A stretch of DNA of 25,474 bases from Neoechinorhynchus agilis (Eukaryota > Animalia > Acanthocephala), in the NCBI GenBank assembly GCA_051530055.1, contig JBMGUZ010000037.1, positions 1 to 25,474 on the forward strand, in the 5' to 3' direction. How positions within the stretch are numbered: the first letter of the stretch is position 1; each line of letters opens with the position of its first letter. The notes below the pieces were generated by a model. The model saw nothing but the letters and a program-made list of their open reading frames with translations. It was not told the DNA's origin and did not search any database. Made by a program: the position numbers and the translations under genes. Shown here piece after piece: positions 11,579-21,668 of this stretch.

Positions 11579-11900
11579 TTGTTTATGACGATGAAAAGCT
11601 AAAGAAATTTCGATTAAATCTGATTGTTTTCGGTGCCATAATCAATAAAGGCGTACAAGATTGTAGCTTCGAAACCAATCGGATTTAATCGAAATTCCTT
11701 CAATTTTTCATCGTCATAAACAAACAGACCACAGAATACAACATAAAAAGTTGTCAGATTGAACTGTTCATGTTTTTGACGGTGAAAAACTGAAGGAATT
11801 TCGATTAAATCCGCTATTTCGGCGCATAATCTTGTACGTCTTTATGAAGCCTCCAAAAAAGGATTTAATCGAAATTCCTTCAATTTTTCACCGTCATAAA
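11579..11900. repeat. Two adjacent ~130-145 bp hairpin/MITE-like elements with ~40-48 bp inverted arms
   Basis: Arms 11579-11626/11676-11723 and 11773-11812/11861-11900 share the core tgacgRtgaaaa..aggaatttcgattaaatc. The internal segments (taaaggcgtacaagatt versus aatcttgtacgtcttta) are in opposite orientation. Confidence 0.85.
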
Positions 11901-11936
11901 GATAACAACAAAATGCCTTAAGCTACATCGTAGCTC

Positions 11937-11944
11937 TATAAATA
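11937..11944 (+). promoter_or_regulatory. Candidate TATA box for the 12056 ORF
   Basis: TATAAATA about 115 bp upstream of the ATG. Position and motif only. Confidence 0.35.
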
Positions 11945-12055
11945 CCAATAAGAAATTAAAAAAAGCACATTGGAACAGGCAATATTAAAAAACTCACGTA
12001 ACCCGGACACAAAAAATTGGTTGGTCGACGTAATTGACGGTCACAACTAAAACTG

Positions 12056-12529
12056 ATGTCAACAATGCGACCACTATCATCTCTTCGACAGCGCTTCCTT
12101 CGTTTTCAAGAACGCCATAATGAGCAATTGGAGATATTTGTCCGCCGACACGAACACGAGTCTCTAATGTCTCCTCCTAATGAATGCAAGACTTGTGATT
12201 TAAGAGTACAAGACGTAGGGGATATTCGACAAAGAAGACGGCCAACGCGAGCTACTGTTCAGCCTGTGGTGGACTACGTCCGTAATCCAGAACCAATAGA
12301 TCAATCGATGTACAGCGTAGTTCAACCTCATTCGTACGACTACTACCAATACGTCCAGTGCTGCCCAACAGATCAACAGTACTATTACACTCCGGTTCAA
12401 CAACCGAATCACATGAGCTACACTCCATACGATTGTGTCCAGCAGCAGCAACAGACTTTCTACCAAATGAGCGGACCGCAATTTTATTCTACACCTCAGT
12501 ATCCTCAGACGTGGTGGTGGTGGGGATGA
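12056..12529 (+). CDS. Hypothetical 157-aa intronless protein with Q/Y/P-rich low-complexity C-terminal half
   Basis: ATG-to-TGA ORF with a biased, protein-like composition and an upstream TATA-like motif. I recognise no family. Confidence 0.6.
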   Translation: MSTMRPLSSLRQRFLRFQERHNEQLEIFVRRHEHESLMSPPNECKTCDLRVQDVGDIRQRRRPTRATVQPVVDYVRNPEPIDQSMYSVVQPHSYDYYQYVQCCPTDQQYYYTPVQQPNHMSYTPYDCVQQQQQTFYQMSGPQFYSTPQYPQTWWWWG

Positions 12530-12535
12530 AGGATT

Positions 12536-15500
12536 TTAATTCGCTTTAACAAACATGATTGTGTTTTTCGCTGGATTACCTTGTGGTGGTCGTTTGAGAT
12601 CACTGCGAACTCCACGCCTTATACGAATCTCCAACATCGTAGGACCGTCAGTGCAATTGAACACTTGCTCGCATCCTTCACGAATAGTGCGTTCGGAGTC
12701 AGCTGATGCGATCGATAAGCGATATCCGGCTGCTTTAGCCGTATCAGTAAAGATGTTCGCTATGAAACTAGCGACGGTCTTTTGGCCTCCAACACTATCG
12801 TGAACGCCATTGTTAAAGATTATGTGGTGGAAATTGGAAGGACTGAGATGGCCGATTTGACCAATTATTCCCATGTGCATTAGACATGCACCGTCTCCGT
12901 CCAAACATACAACCTATAATTGTGAGAATATCAAGTTAAATCTGAGAGTTCTACTAACCGGTCTGTTGCCTTTTCTTGAAAGTGCAATCCCAAGAGCAAT
13001 CCCAGAAGCGTGCCCCATCCCACCGACGCTCAAAAATGTATTGTCCAATTTTTGCCTTTTTAAAAAAATCATTGTAATTCGCCCCAAAATCACCACATCC
13101 ATACTCACTGCCCTTTTATTTCAAAAAGCTCCCTTGATAGATATCCCGTAGTTGAGACCGTCCGTGCATTAGGCGGCATTTGTTCAATCACAAATCTCAA
13201 TGCCTCTTCTCGGCTTAGTTTGTTTTCATCAATCTCATCACTGGAAGCGTAAGAGTCAAATGCTTTTGGTTTGACAACGAATGCGAACGGGGACCGTTTC
13301 GTATTCATGTGATCTAAGGACTTTGCGATCAATCGATCAGTGTCTGAATTTACATCCATAATCTCATAAGGAATCTTCATTAGATCTATAGAAGAAGAAT
13401 TGAAAGTGAACTCAAATTGGACGCATGAATATATTAACCCAGCATTTCCAATGTGATCTTTCCTTGCAACGCATGTTGAGGCTCGTCTTTCATGCCTGGG
13501 GATGCTCGCCATCCAATCATCAACAGCATTGGAATCCCACAAACTTCTGATGAACATAATGATACTAAAGGGTTCACGGCGTTCCCCAGTCCTGAATTCT
13601 AAACGTTTGACCTTTAATGCACGAGTTTTGGTCGGGCGATTACGGTCCATGGATATTAAATCATTTTTCTTTGCCCTCATCAAAAACAATAAGAAATAGA
13701 GATTAATTCCCTGTTTCCCTTTCACAATATTTTGGTCCGTATCATCGGAAATCTTTATCTTTCAAGCAACCTGAAGAATTCGACGAGACGCACCAAAAAT
13801 ATCATGAAAGGGAATAAGAATCAATAAATTAATCTCTATTTTCTCAACAACCAAACAGAATAGAAAAACTTGGTAATCGCATATCAACCAAAAGATAAGA
13901 GTCTTTTCGAAATCAGTTTAATTCGATACTTCAAGAAAGGGAATTCCAGTGACCAAATTCGTATGATTGTTGTTTTCATGGATTTATTTTGTTTGCTATT
14001 AGAAATAGAGATTAATTCCCTGTTCCCTTTCTCACACAATATTTTGGTCCGTATCATCGGAAATCTTTATCTTTCAAGCAACCTGAAGAATTCGGACGAG
14101 ACGCACCAAAAATATCATGAAAGGGAATAAGAATCAATAAATTAATCTCTATTTTCTCAATAACCAAACAGAATAGAAAAACTCTGGTAATCGTATATCA
14201 CCCAAAAGATAAGAGTCATTTTCGAAATCAGTTCATAGTCGATACTTCAAGAAAGGGAATTCCAGTGACCAAATTCGTGTGATTAAAAAAATATAGAAAA
14301 ACTTTGTCATAAAGAAGTTGTTTTCATGAATTTATTTTGTTTTGATATTAAGAAATAGAGATTAATTCCCTGTTTCCCTTTCTCACACAATATTTTTGGT
14401 CCGTATCATCGGAAATCTTTATCTTTCAAGCAACCTGAAGAATTCCGACGAGACGCACCAAAAATATCATGAAAGGGAATAAGAATCAATAAATTAATCT
14501 CTATTTTCTCAACAACCAAACAGAATAGAAAAACTATGGTAATCGTATATCAACCAAAAGATAAGAGTCGTTTTCGAAATCAGTTTGAATTCGATACTTC
14601 AAGAAAGGGAATTCCAGTGACCAAATTCGTATGATTGTTGTTTTCATGGATTTATTTTGTTTGGCTATTGAGAAATAGAGATTAATTCCCTGTTTCCCTT
14701 TCTCACACAATATTTTTGGTCCGTATCATCGCAAATCTTTATCTTTCAAGCAACCTGAAGAATTCGGACGAGACGCACCAAAAATATCATGAAAGGGAAT
14801 AAGAATCAATAAATTAATCTCTATTTTCTCAATAACCAAACAGAATAGAAAAACTATGGTAATCGTATATCGCACAAAAGATAAGAGTCATTTTCGAAAT
14901 CAGTTCATAGTCGATACTTCAAGAAAGGGAATTCCAGTGACCAAATTCGTGTGATTAAAAAAATATAGAAAAACTTTGTCATAAAGAAGTTGTTTTCATG
15001 AATTTATTTTGTTTTGATATTAAGAAATAGAGATTAATTCCCTGTTTCCCTTTCTCACACAATATTTTTGGTCCGTATCATCGGAAATCTTTATCTTTCA
15101 AGCAACCTGAAGAATTCCGACGAGACGCACCAAAAATATCATGAAAGGGAATAAGAATCAATAAATTAATCTCTATTTTCTCAACAACCAAACAGAATAG
15201 AAAAACTATGGTAATCGCATATCAACCAAAAGATAAGAGTCGTTTTCGAAATCAGTTTGAATTCGATACTTCAAGAAAGGGAATTCCAGTGACCAAATTC
15301 GTATGATTGTTGTTTTCATGGATTTATTTTGTTTGGCTATTGAGAAATAGAGATTAATTCCCTGTTTCCCTTTCTCACACAATATTTTTGGTCCGTATCA
15401 TCGCAAATCTTTATCTTTCAAGCAACCTGAAGAATTCGGACGAGACGCACCAAAAATATCATGAAAGGGAATAAGAATCAATAAATTAATCTCTATTTTC

Positions 15501-16590
15501 TCAATAACCAAACAGAATAGAAAAACTATGGTAATCGTATATCGCACAAAAGATAAGAGTCATTTTCGAAATCAGTTCATAGTCGATACTTCAAGAAAGG
15601 GAATTCCAGTGACCAAATTCGTTTAATTAAAAATATAGAAAAACTTTGTCATAAAGAAGTTGTTTTCATGAATTTATTTTGTTTTGCTATTAAGAAATAG
15701 AGATTAATTCCATGTTTCCCTTTCTCACACAATATTTTGGTCCGTATCATCGGATTTCTTTATCTTTCAAGCAACCTGAAGAATTCGGACGAGACGCACC
15801 AAAAATATCATGAAAGGGAATAAGAATCAATAAATTAATCTCTATTTTCTCAACAACCAAACAGAATAGAAAAACTCTGGTAATCGCATATCACCCAAAA
15901 GATAAGAGTCATTTTCGAAATCAGTTCATAGTCGATACTTCAAGAAAGGGAATTCCAGTGACCAAATTCGTATGATTAAAATAATATAGAAAAACTTTGT
16001 CATAAAAAGTTGTTTTCGTGAATTTATTTTGTTTGGCTATTGAGAAATAGAGATTAATTCCCTGTTTCCTTTTCTCACACAATATTTTTGGTCCGTATCA
16101 TCGGAAATCTTTATCTTTCAAGCAACCTTAAGAATTCGGACGAGACGCACCAAAAATATCATGAAAGGGAATAAGAATCAATAAATTAATCTCTATTTTC
16201 TCAATTTTTTTAAAAATTCTTGCAATTATACCTGCATATAGACCAGAGCGTATCGGCCAGTACTCAGATAATGACCGATTGCCATAGCGACTGCGGATCC
16301 TTCATTCACGGCAATCGCATGCGCCGATGATACCGCGTGATTATAGACGTAATGATTGAAAGCTTTTAATATGAATTAGAAACATTTTACGACAAAATTC
16401 GATTACTTACATTTTAGTAGACTATCGGGCACTCCATAGAATCGATCGATGCCACGAGACACCAGAGCATCAACGAACGACGATGAACTAATGGAAGAAG
16501 ATATATGGTTTATTGGTCTGAATCTTATAGACAATGCTTTCCATTCACATTGTAAAACGTAAGTTGTTCAAAACTCTAAGACATTGGGCC
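12536..16590 (-). CDS. Phosphonopyruvate decarboxylase-like ThDP enzyme (fused alpha/beta), spliced
   Basis: Reconstructed exons give [10 protein letters not shown] / [27 protein letters not shown] / [36 protein letters not shown] / [12 protein letters not shown] / [16 protein letters not shown] / [30 protein letters not shown] introns at 16363-16410, 13599-16231, 13386-13438, 13056-13108 and 12914-12958. The start codon is unresolved (~16500-16590). Sulfopyruvate decarboxylase is a related alternative. Confidence 0.85.
13690..16202. repeat. Intronic tandem array: 8 copies of a ~175-bp imperfect hairpin separated by 7 spacers, with a ~671-bp dimeric higher-order period
   Basis: agaaatagagattaattcc starts at 13692, 14001, 14351, 14671, 15023, 15343, 15693 and 16043 (periods 309, 350, 320, 352, 320, 350, 350). 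Confidence 0.97.
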
Positions 16591-16916
16591 ATCTATTTTA
16601 GATTTTTGGTCCGAATCGTTTAAATGAAAATGCCACATTAAACAACATCTCTCGTTCGGATGTAGCCAACGCCATAATCAAGTTGATTATTCGTGAAATC
16701 AAAAAGAAATTGAATCGAAGATTGATTAGATCACAGGTCATCGTTAGAGTGAAGATACGGAAGAAACACAAAATCAATACAGTCTACGTCACTAATTCTC
16801 TCGTAACGTCATTGCTGACTCCAATGAACGGAAAGCGTTGTATTGGTCCTGTTAAAAACTTGCTCAAAGACCAAAGAAGCATCGCGCAATAAGGAAAAAA
16901 CTTCTTTATTTGTGTC

Positions 16917-17138
16917 TCACATCATAGACGACAGTTGAGCTAATGAAGGATGTTCTTTCGGCAACGGAGGAAGAAGATCAATCGACGTCAAGTCACGCAC
17001 AAGCAACACCGCGACGGCGAAGAATCCTACACTTTTGAGAACTTTCCATTGATATTCATTTTGATATACCTTCTTTATTCTGTCAAAAATCGTTATCTGC
17101 TTCACTTTCAGCGGCTTATTTAGAATACTGAAATCCAT
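16917..17138 (-). CDS. TOMM6: TOM6-like mitochondrial outer-membrane translocase small subunit
   Basis: 73 aa with a single TM segment. FFAVAVLLVRDLTSIDLLPPLP resembles the metazoan TOMM6 C-terminus as I recall it (LFAAGVWLARNLSDIDLMAPQP). This is recognition from memory, not a search. Confidence 0.6.
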   Translation of the reverse strand: MDFSILNKPLKVKQITIFDRIKKVYQNEYQWKVLKSVGFFAVAVLLVRDLTSIDLLPPLPKEHPSLAQLSSMM

Positions 17139-17237
17139 TGGTTCGATTTTCTTGTCGTTGTTTTTCGCTCTCGCTCCCGAGTCTTTCGATTCTTCTTGAC
17201 TGAATCTAGAGCGCGTCTAGAAACGTTGGTTTGTGTC

Positions 17238-17342
17238 TATATAAACTCGCGCTCGTTTGCCTTCGCCTATTTCCACCCTTCCGCAAGGCACGCGAGGGCG
17301 CTCTTCAGGTCTAGACAGAAACGAGGACTGTAGGTGGTGAGT
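17238..17342 (+). promoter_or_regulatory. Candidate TATA box and first non-coding exon/donor for the HSP90 transcript
   Basis: TATATAAA at 17238-17245, a consensus donor G|GTGAGT at 17337, and downstream acceptors ctctcag (19119) and cactttcag (19271) before the HSP90 ATG. Inference only. Confidence 0.35.
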
Positions 17343-17354
17343 GAGGTCGAGATG

Positions 17355-18820
17355 CACGTCAGTGTCTCGTTGGGTTTTTCCAAGTCCTGCTGCGTCATGC
17401 GATATGGCGGCGCGGTATGGACATTTGTGTACGTTACTTTTGAGGTATTTAAATTCTTTCCTGGTCATTCGGTTTTTTGTTGAAAAGAATTTCGTTTTGG
17501 TTAAAGTTTTTAAATTTGATTTCTTCGTTGGAGCTCAGATCGAGAGGTAAATCAGTGTTCTCGTTGGGTTTTTCCAAGTCCTGCTTCGTCATGCAATACG
17601 GCGGCGCGGTATGGACATTTGCGTACGTCACTTTTGAGGTTTTAAATTCTTTCGTGGTCATTCGGTTTTTGTTGAAAAGAATTTCGTTTTGGTTAAAGTT
17701 TTTAAATTTGATTTCTCTGTTGGAGCTCAGATCGAGAGGTAAATCAGTGTTCTCGTTGGGTTTTTCCAAGTCCTGCTTCGTCATGCAATACGGCGGCGCG
17801 GTATGGACATTTGCGTACGTCACTTTTTAGGTTTTTAAATTCTTTCGTGGTCATTCGGTTTTTTGTTGAAAAGAATTTCGTTTTGGTTAAAGTTTTTAAA
17901 TTTGATTTCTCTGTTGGAGCTCAGATCGAGAGGTAAATCAGTGTTCTCGTTGGGTTTTTCCAAGTCCTGCTGCGTCATGCAATACGGCGGCGCGGTATGG
18001 ACATTTGCGTACGTCACTTTTTAAGTTTTTAAATTCTTTCGTGGTCATTCGGTTTTTTGTTGAAAAGAATTTCGTTTTGGTTAAAGTTTTTAAATTTAAT
18101 TTCTCTGTTGGAGCTCAGATCGAGAGGTAAATCAGTGTTCTCGTTGGGTTTTTCCAAGTCCTGCTTCGTCATGCAATACGGCGGCGCGGTATGGACATTT
18201 GTGTACGTCACTTTTGAGGTTTTTAAATTCTTTCGTGGTCATTCGGTTTTTGTTGAAAAAAATTTCGTTTTGGTTAAAGTTTTTAAATTATATTTCTCCG
18301 TTGGAGCTCAGATCGAGAGGTAAATCAGTGATCTCGTTGGGTTTTTCCAAAAGTTTTGTTTCGTCAGCAATATGGCGGCACGGTATTGTTGAAAAGAATT
18401 TCGTCTTGGTTAAAGTTTTTAAATTTGATTTCTCCGTTGGAGCTCAGAACGAGAGGTAATTCAGTGTTCTCGTTGGGTTTTTCCAAGTCCTGCTTCGTCA
18501 TGCAATACGGCGGCGCGGTATGGACATTTGCGTACGTCACTTTTTAGGTTTTTAAATTCTTTCCTGGTCATTCGGTTTTTTGTTGAAAAGAATTTCGTTT
18601 TGGTTAAAGTTTTTAAATTTGATTTCTCTGTTGGAGCTCTGATCGAGAGGTAAATCAGTGATCTCGTTGGGTTTTTCCAAAAGTTTTGTTTCGTCAGCAA
18701 TATGGCGGCACGGTATGGACATTTGCGTACGTCACTTTTGAGGTTTTTAAATTCTTTCGTGGTCGTTCGGTTTTTTGTTGAAAAGAATTTCGTTTTGGTT
18801 AAAGTTTTTAAATTTGGTTT
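17355..18820. repeat. Tandem array of ~7.5 copies of a ~192-194 bp unit, including deleted variants
   Basis: ggagctc(a/t)ga(t/a)cgagaggtaa recurs at about 17530, 17722, 17916, 18110, 18303, 18439 and 18635. Unit length varies with T runs, so the frame is not kept. Confidence 0.96.
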
Positions 18821-19280
18821 CCTAAAGTCTTGCTACGTAATCGCCTACGTTGCGCTATTGCGGTTTGATATTGAAATTTAGTTGAGGATTGCATTTGGGT
18901 GTGGTTAGAGATATGTTATTGTTTAGTTCGCTTGTCGACACCCGAGGGAGATCGAAATTCGGTGATTGTCAATTCAAACCCTAAAATTACAGAACGATTC
19001 ATCACAACGCACCCATGATTGTTCATTACGTCACGCCGTTGCATTTTGTGATTAAAATTTCTTATAGAGTGGAAAACAATTCTGCCTTTGTTCATTGATT
19101 TCTCGCCGTTGGCTCTCAGGTGGTGAAGAACGTCAGTTTTGAACTATTTTTCCTTATCGCATGCGTCAGGAGAATTCGGTTTGTGCGTGTGTAGTGTGTA
19201 CATCTCGATTTCTTTCCCGTCTTCGCCGTCTTCACCATCGTTTCCTCGCTCGCACACTTCTACACTTTCAGAAGACGACA

Positions 19281-21452
19281 ATGTCCCAACCAGTCTCCGG
19301 CAGCAGCAACGATGGTGAGGTGTTTCAGTTCCAAGCTGAGATATCTCAACTGATGAGTCTGATAATCAACACGTTCTATTCTAATAAGGAGATTTTTCTA
19401 CGAGAGTTGATATCAAATGCTTCAGACGCGTTAGACAAGATCCGGTATCAGTCATTGACAGATCCGAGTAAGCTGGAGGGGAAATCCGAGCTGGAGATCC
19501 GTATAGTGCCAGACCGCGAGAATAGACTTCTTCACATCATCGACACGGGCGTTGGAATGACCAAAGCTGATCTGATCAACAATCTCGGTACCATTGCAAA
19601 ATCCGGCACTAAGGCTTTCATGGAAGCATTGAGTGCAGGTGCGGACATCAGTATGATTGGCCAGTTCGGTGTTGGCTTCTACTCGGCTTATCTGGTTTCC
19701 GACCGTGTCACCGTGACCAGTAAATGCAACGAAGAGGATGAACAATACGTTTGGGAGAGTGCAGCCGGTGGTACGTTCACTATAAGACCCGATGTTGATG
19801 GTGAACGGCTTGGTCGCGGATCTAAAATCACTCTGCACATGAAGGAGGATCAGCTCGAATATTTGGAAGAACGAAAGATCACTGACGTCGTAAAGAAGCA
19901 TTCTCAGTTCATTTGTTATCCGATAAAACTTGAGGTTGTGAAGGAACGGGAAAAGGAGGTCGAAGACGATGAACCAGCTTCTACTACTCAGGAGGAAGAA
20001 GAAACAAAGGACGATGAGAAGAAAGTGGACGTTGAAGAAGTCGAAGACGAGGAAGACGAAGGTACCGATAAGAAGAAAAAGAAAACTATCAAGGAAAAGT
20101 ACCTCGAAGATAAAGTCCTTAATTCTACCAAACCAATATGGACTCGTAACCCAGATTCAATCAAACAAGAAGAGTACGGAGAGTTTTATAAACAATTGAC
20201 TAACGATTGGGAAGACCATTTGGCTGTGAAACACTTTAGCGTCGAAGGTCAACTCGAGTTCCGAGCTCTTCTATTCATCCCTAAACGTGCTCCATTTGAT
20301 TTGTTCGAGAATAAGAAGGTGAAAAACGCAATTAAATTATATGTGCGACGAGTGTTCATCATGGAAAACTGCGAGGAGCTTATGCCCGAGTATTTGAACT
20401 TCATCAAAGGAGTTATCGACAGTGAGGATCTTCCATTGAACATCAGCCGTGAGATGCTTCAGCAGAATAAGATTTTGAAAGTTATTCGTAAGAATGTGGT
20501 TAAAAAATGTTTGGAACTGATGGAAGAGTTGGCCGAGGACAAGGAGAGCTATGAGAAATTCTACTCTCAGTTCTCGCGTAACATCAAACTCGGTATCCAT
20601 GAGGACTCGACGAACCGAACTAAGATTTCTGAACTTTTACGGTACCACACCAGTGCAGGCGATGAAATGAGTAGCCTCAAGGATTACGTTAGTCGAATGA
20701 AACCAAATCAAAAGGACATTTACTTCATCACTGGAGAATCAAAGGACCATGTTTCGAAATCGGTGTTTGTTGAACGTGTGATCAAACGTGGATTCGAGGT
20801 GGTCTACATGATTGAACCTATCGATGAATACTGTGTTCAACAACTAAAGGAGTTTGACGGCCATAAATTGGTCAGTGTTACTAAGGAAGGACTTGAGTTG
20901 CCTGAGGACGAGGATGAGAAGAAAAAGTTTGAAAGTGATAAAGAGAAGTTTGAGCCTTTGTGTAAGACAATGAAGGATATTTTAGGAAAGCGAGTCGAAA
21001 AAGTACAAGTGTCCAATCGGTTAGTCCACTCTCCATGCTGCATCGTTACAAGTCAGTACGGATGGTCCGCTAATATGGAACGAATAATGAAGGCACAAGC
21101 TCTTAGAGACACGAGTACTCTCGGATACATGGCCGCCAAAAAGAATCTGGAAATCAATCCGGATCATTCGATTATAAAAACTTTGGCGGAACGTGATGCA
21201 GCAAACGACCGAAGTCTGAAGGATCTTGTGATTTTGTTGTTCGAAACCTCCCTTCTTGCCTCTGGATTCAGTCTTGAATGCCCACAAACTCACGCAGAAC
21301 GGATCAATAGAATGGTAATGCTTGGTCTTGGTCTCGAAGAGGAGCTAGAGAAGGAAACTGCAGCCGGAGACGAAGAGAAGAAGGCTAAGGCTGACGAAAA
21401 AACTGCCCCGGCTGCTGAAGAAGATGTCGAACGAATGGAGGATGTTGATTAA
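19281..21452 (+). CDS. HSP90: Cytosolic HSP90 (Hsp83/HSP90A), no intron in the CDS
   Basis: [58 protein letters not shown], charged linker, [27 protein letters not shown] and C-terminal MEDVD. The likely start is ATG 19281 (MSQPV), just after a tttcag acceptor. Confidence 0.98.
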   Translation: MSQPVSGSSNDGEVFQFQAEISQLMSLIINTFYSNKEIFLRELISNASDALDKIRYQSLTDPSKLEGKSELEIRIVPDRENRLLHIIDTGVGMTKADLINNLGTIAKSGTKAFMEALSAGADISMIGQFGVGFYSAYLVSDRVTVTSKCNEEDEQYVWESAAGGTFTIRPDVDGERLGRGSKITLHMKEDQLEYLEERKITDVVKKHSQFICYPIKLEVVKEREKEVEDDEPASTTQEEEETKDDEKKVDVEEVEDEEDEGTDKKKKKTIKEKYLEDKVLNSTKPIWTRNPDSIKQEEYGEFYKQLTNDWEDHLAVKHFSVEGQLEFRALLFIPKRAPFDLFENKKVKNAIKLYVRRVFIMENCEELMPEYLNFIKGVIDSEDLPLNISREMLQQNKILKVIRKNVVKKCLELMEELAEDKESYEKFYSQFSRNIKLGIHEDSTNRTKISELLRYHTSAGDEMSSLKDYVSRMKPNQKDIYFITGESKDHVSKSVFVERVIKRGFEVVYMIEPIDEYCVQQLKEFDGHKLVSVTKEGLELPEDEDEKKKFESDKEKFEPLCKTMKDILGKRVEKVQVSNRLVHSPCCIVTSQYGWSANMERIMKAQALRDTSTLGYMAAKKNLEINPDHSIIKTLAERDAANDRSLKDLVILLFETSLLASGFSLECPQTHAERINRMVMLGLGLEEELEKETAAGDEEKKAKADEKTAPAAEEDVERMEDVD

Positions 21453-21668
21453 GAGAGAGCGAAGAAAAATTGAGAGGCGTCCTATGAAAAGAAAAGTATC
21501 GGTCATTCGTATGCTCACGGAAAAGTACGCGCTCAAACATACTTTTTTCCGATTTATAATTGGGCTTCGGTTAGGTATCTTGCATTTTGTATCGATATTA
21601 CAGTAGTCGAAGTGGTTTTCATTCGATTGGATACGAAGGCAACCGTAATGATCCTTTAATGCTACCCT

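Noticed and set aside
13105-13725. Single 206-aa ORF
   Set aside because: It is a chimera of intron sequence, an out-of-frame exon and one true exon. The conserved NSGLGN segment is in another frame.
13690-16202. CRISPR-like repeat-spacer layout
   Set aside because: Repeats are ~175 bp, spacers are near-identical to each other, there are no cas genes, and the context is a eukaryotic intron.
1065-16202. Functional link between the SID-1-like gene and the hairpin dsRNA array
   Set aside because: Proximity only. Many SIDT/CHUP-1-like proteins are not shown to transport dsRNA, and nothing in the sequence connects them.
12536-16590. Bacterial contamination or recent horizontal transfer of the decarboxylase
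   Set aside because: Five spliceosomal introns and host gene neighbours. Any older transfer needs a phylogeny.
17180-17230. Heat-shock elements upstream of the candidate TATA
   Set aside because: Only degenerate nGAAn/nTTCn matches with several mismatches; I cannot support a three-unit HSE.
17449-18700. ORFs in the 193-bp array
   Set aside because: Unit length varies from 192 to 194 bp through homopolymers, so the frame is not maintained.
17355-18820. Spliced-leader RNA or snRNA gene array (GAG|GT donors, AATTTCGTTTTGG Sm-like motif)
   Set aside because: Most donor-like sites are weak (GTTTTT), the Sm-like spacing is ambiguous, and I cannot match a known leader or snRNA. An Rfam search would be needed.
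19161-19280. 40-aa N-terminal extension of HSP90 in the ORF track
   Set aside because: Not HSP90-like, pyrimidine-rich, and ends in a tttcag acceptor just before the ATG at 19281.
19452-21606. Antisense and alternative-frame ORFs over HSP90 (and similar ones over SIDT, KRI1 and the decarboxylase)
   Set aside because: Shadow ORFs of real coding sequence with no recognisable products.
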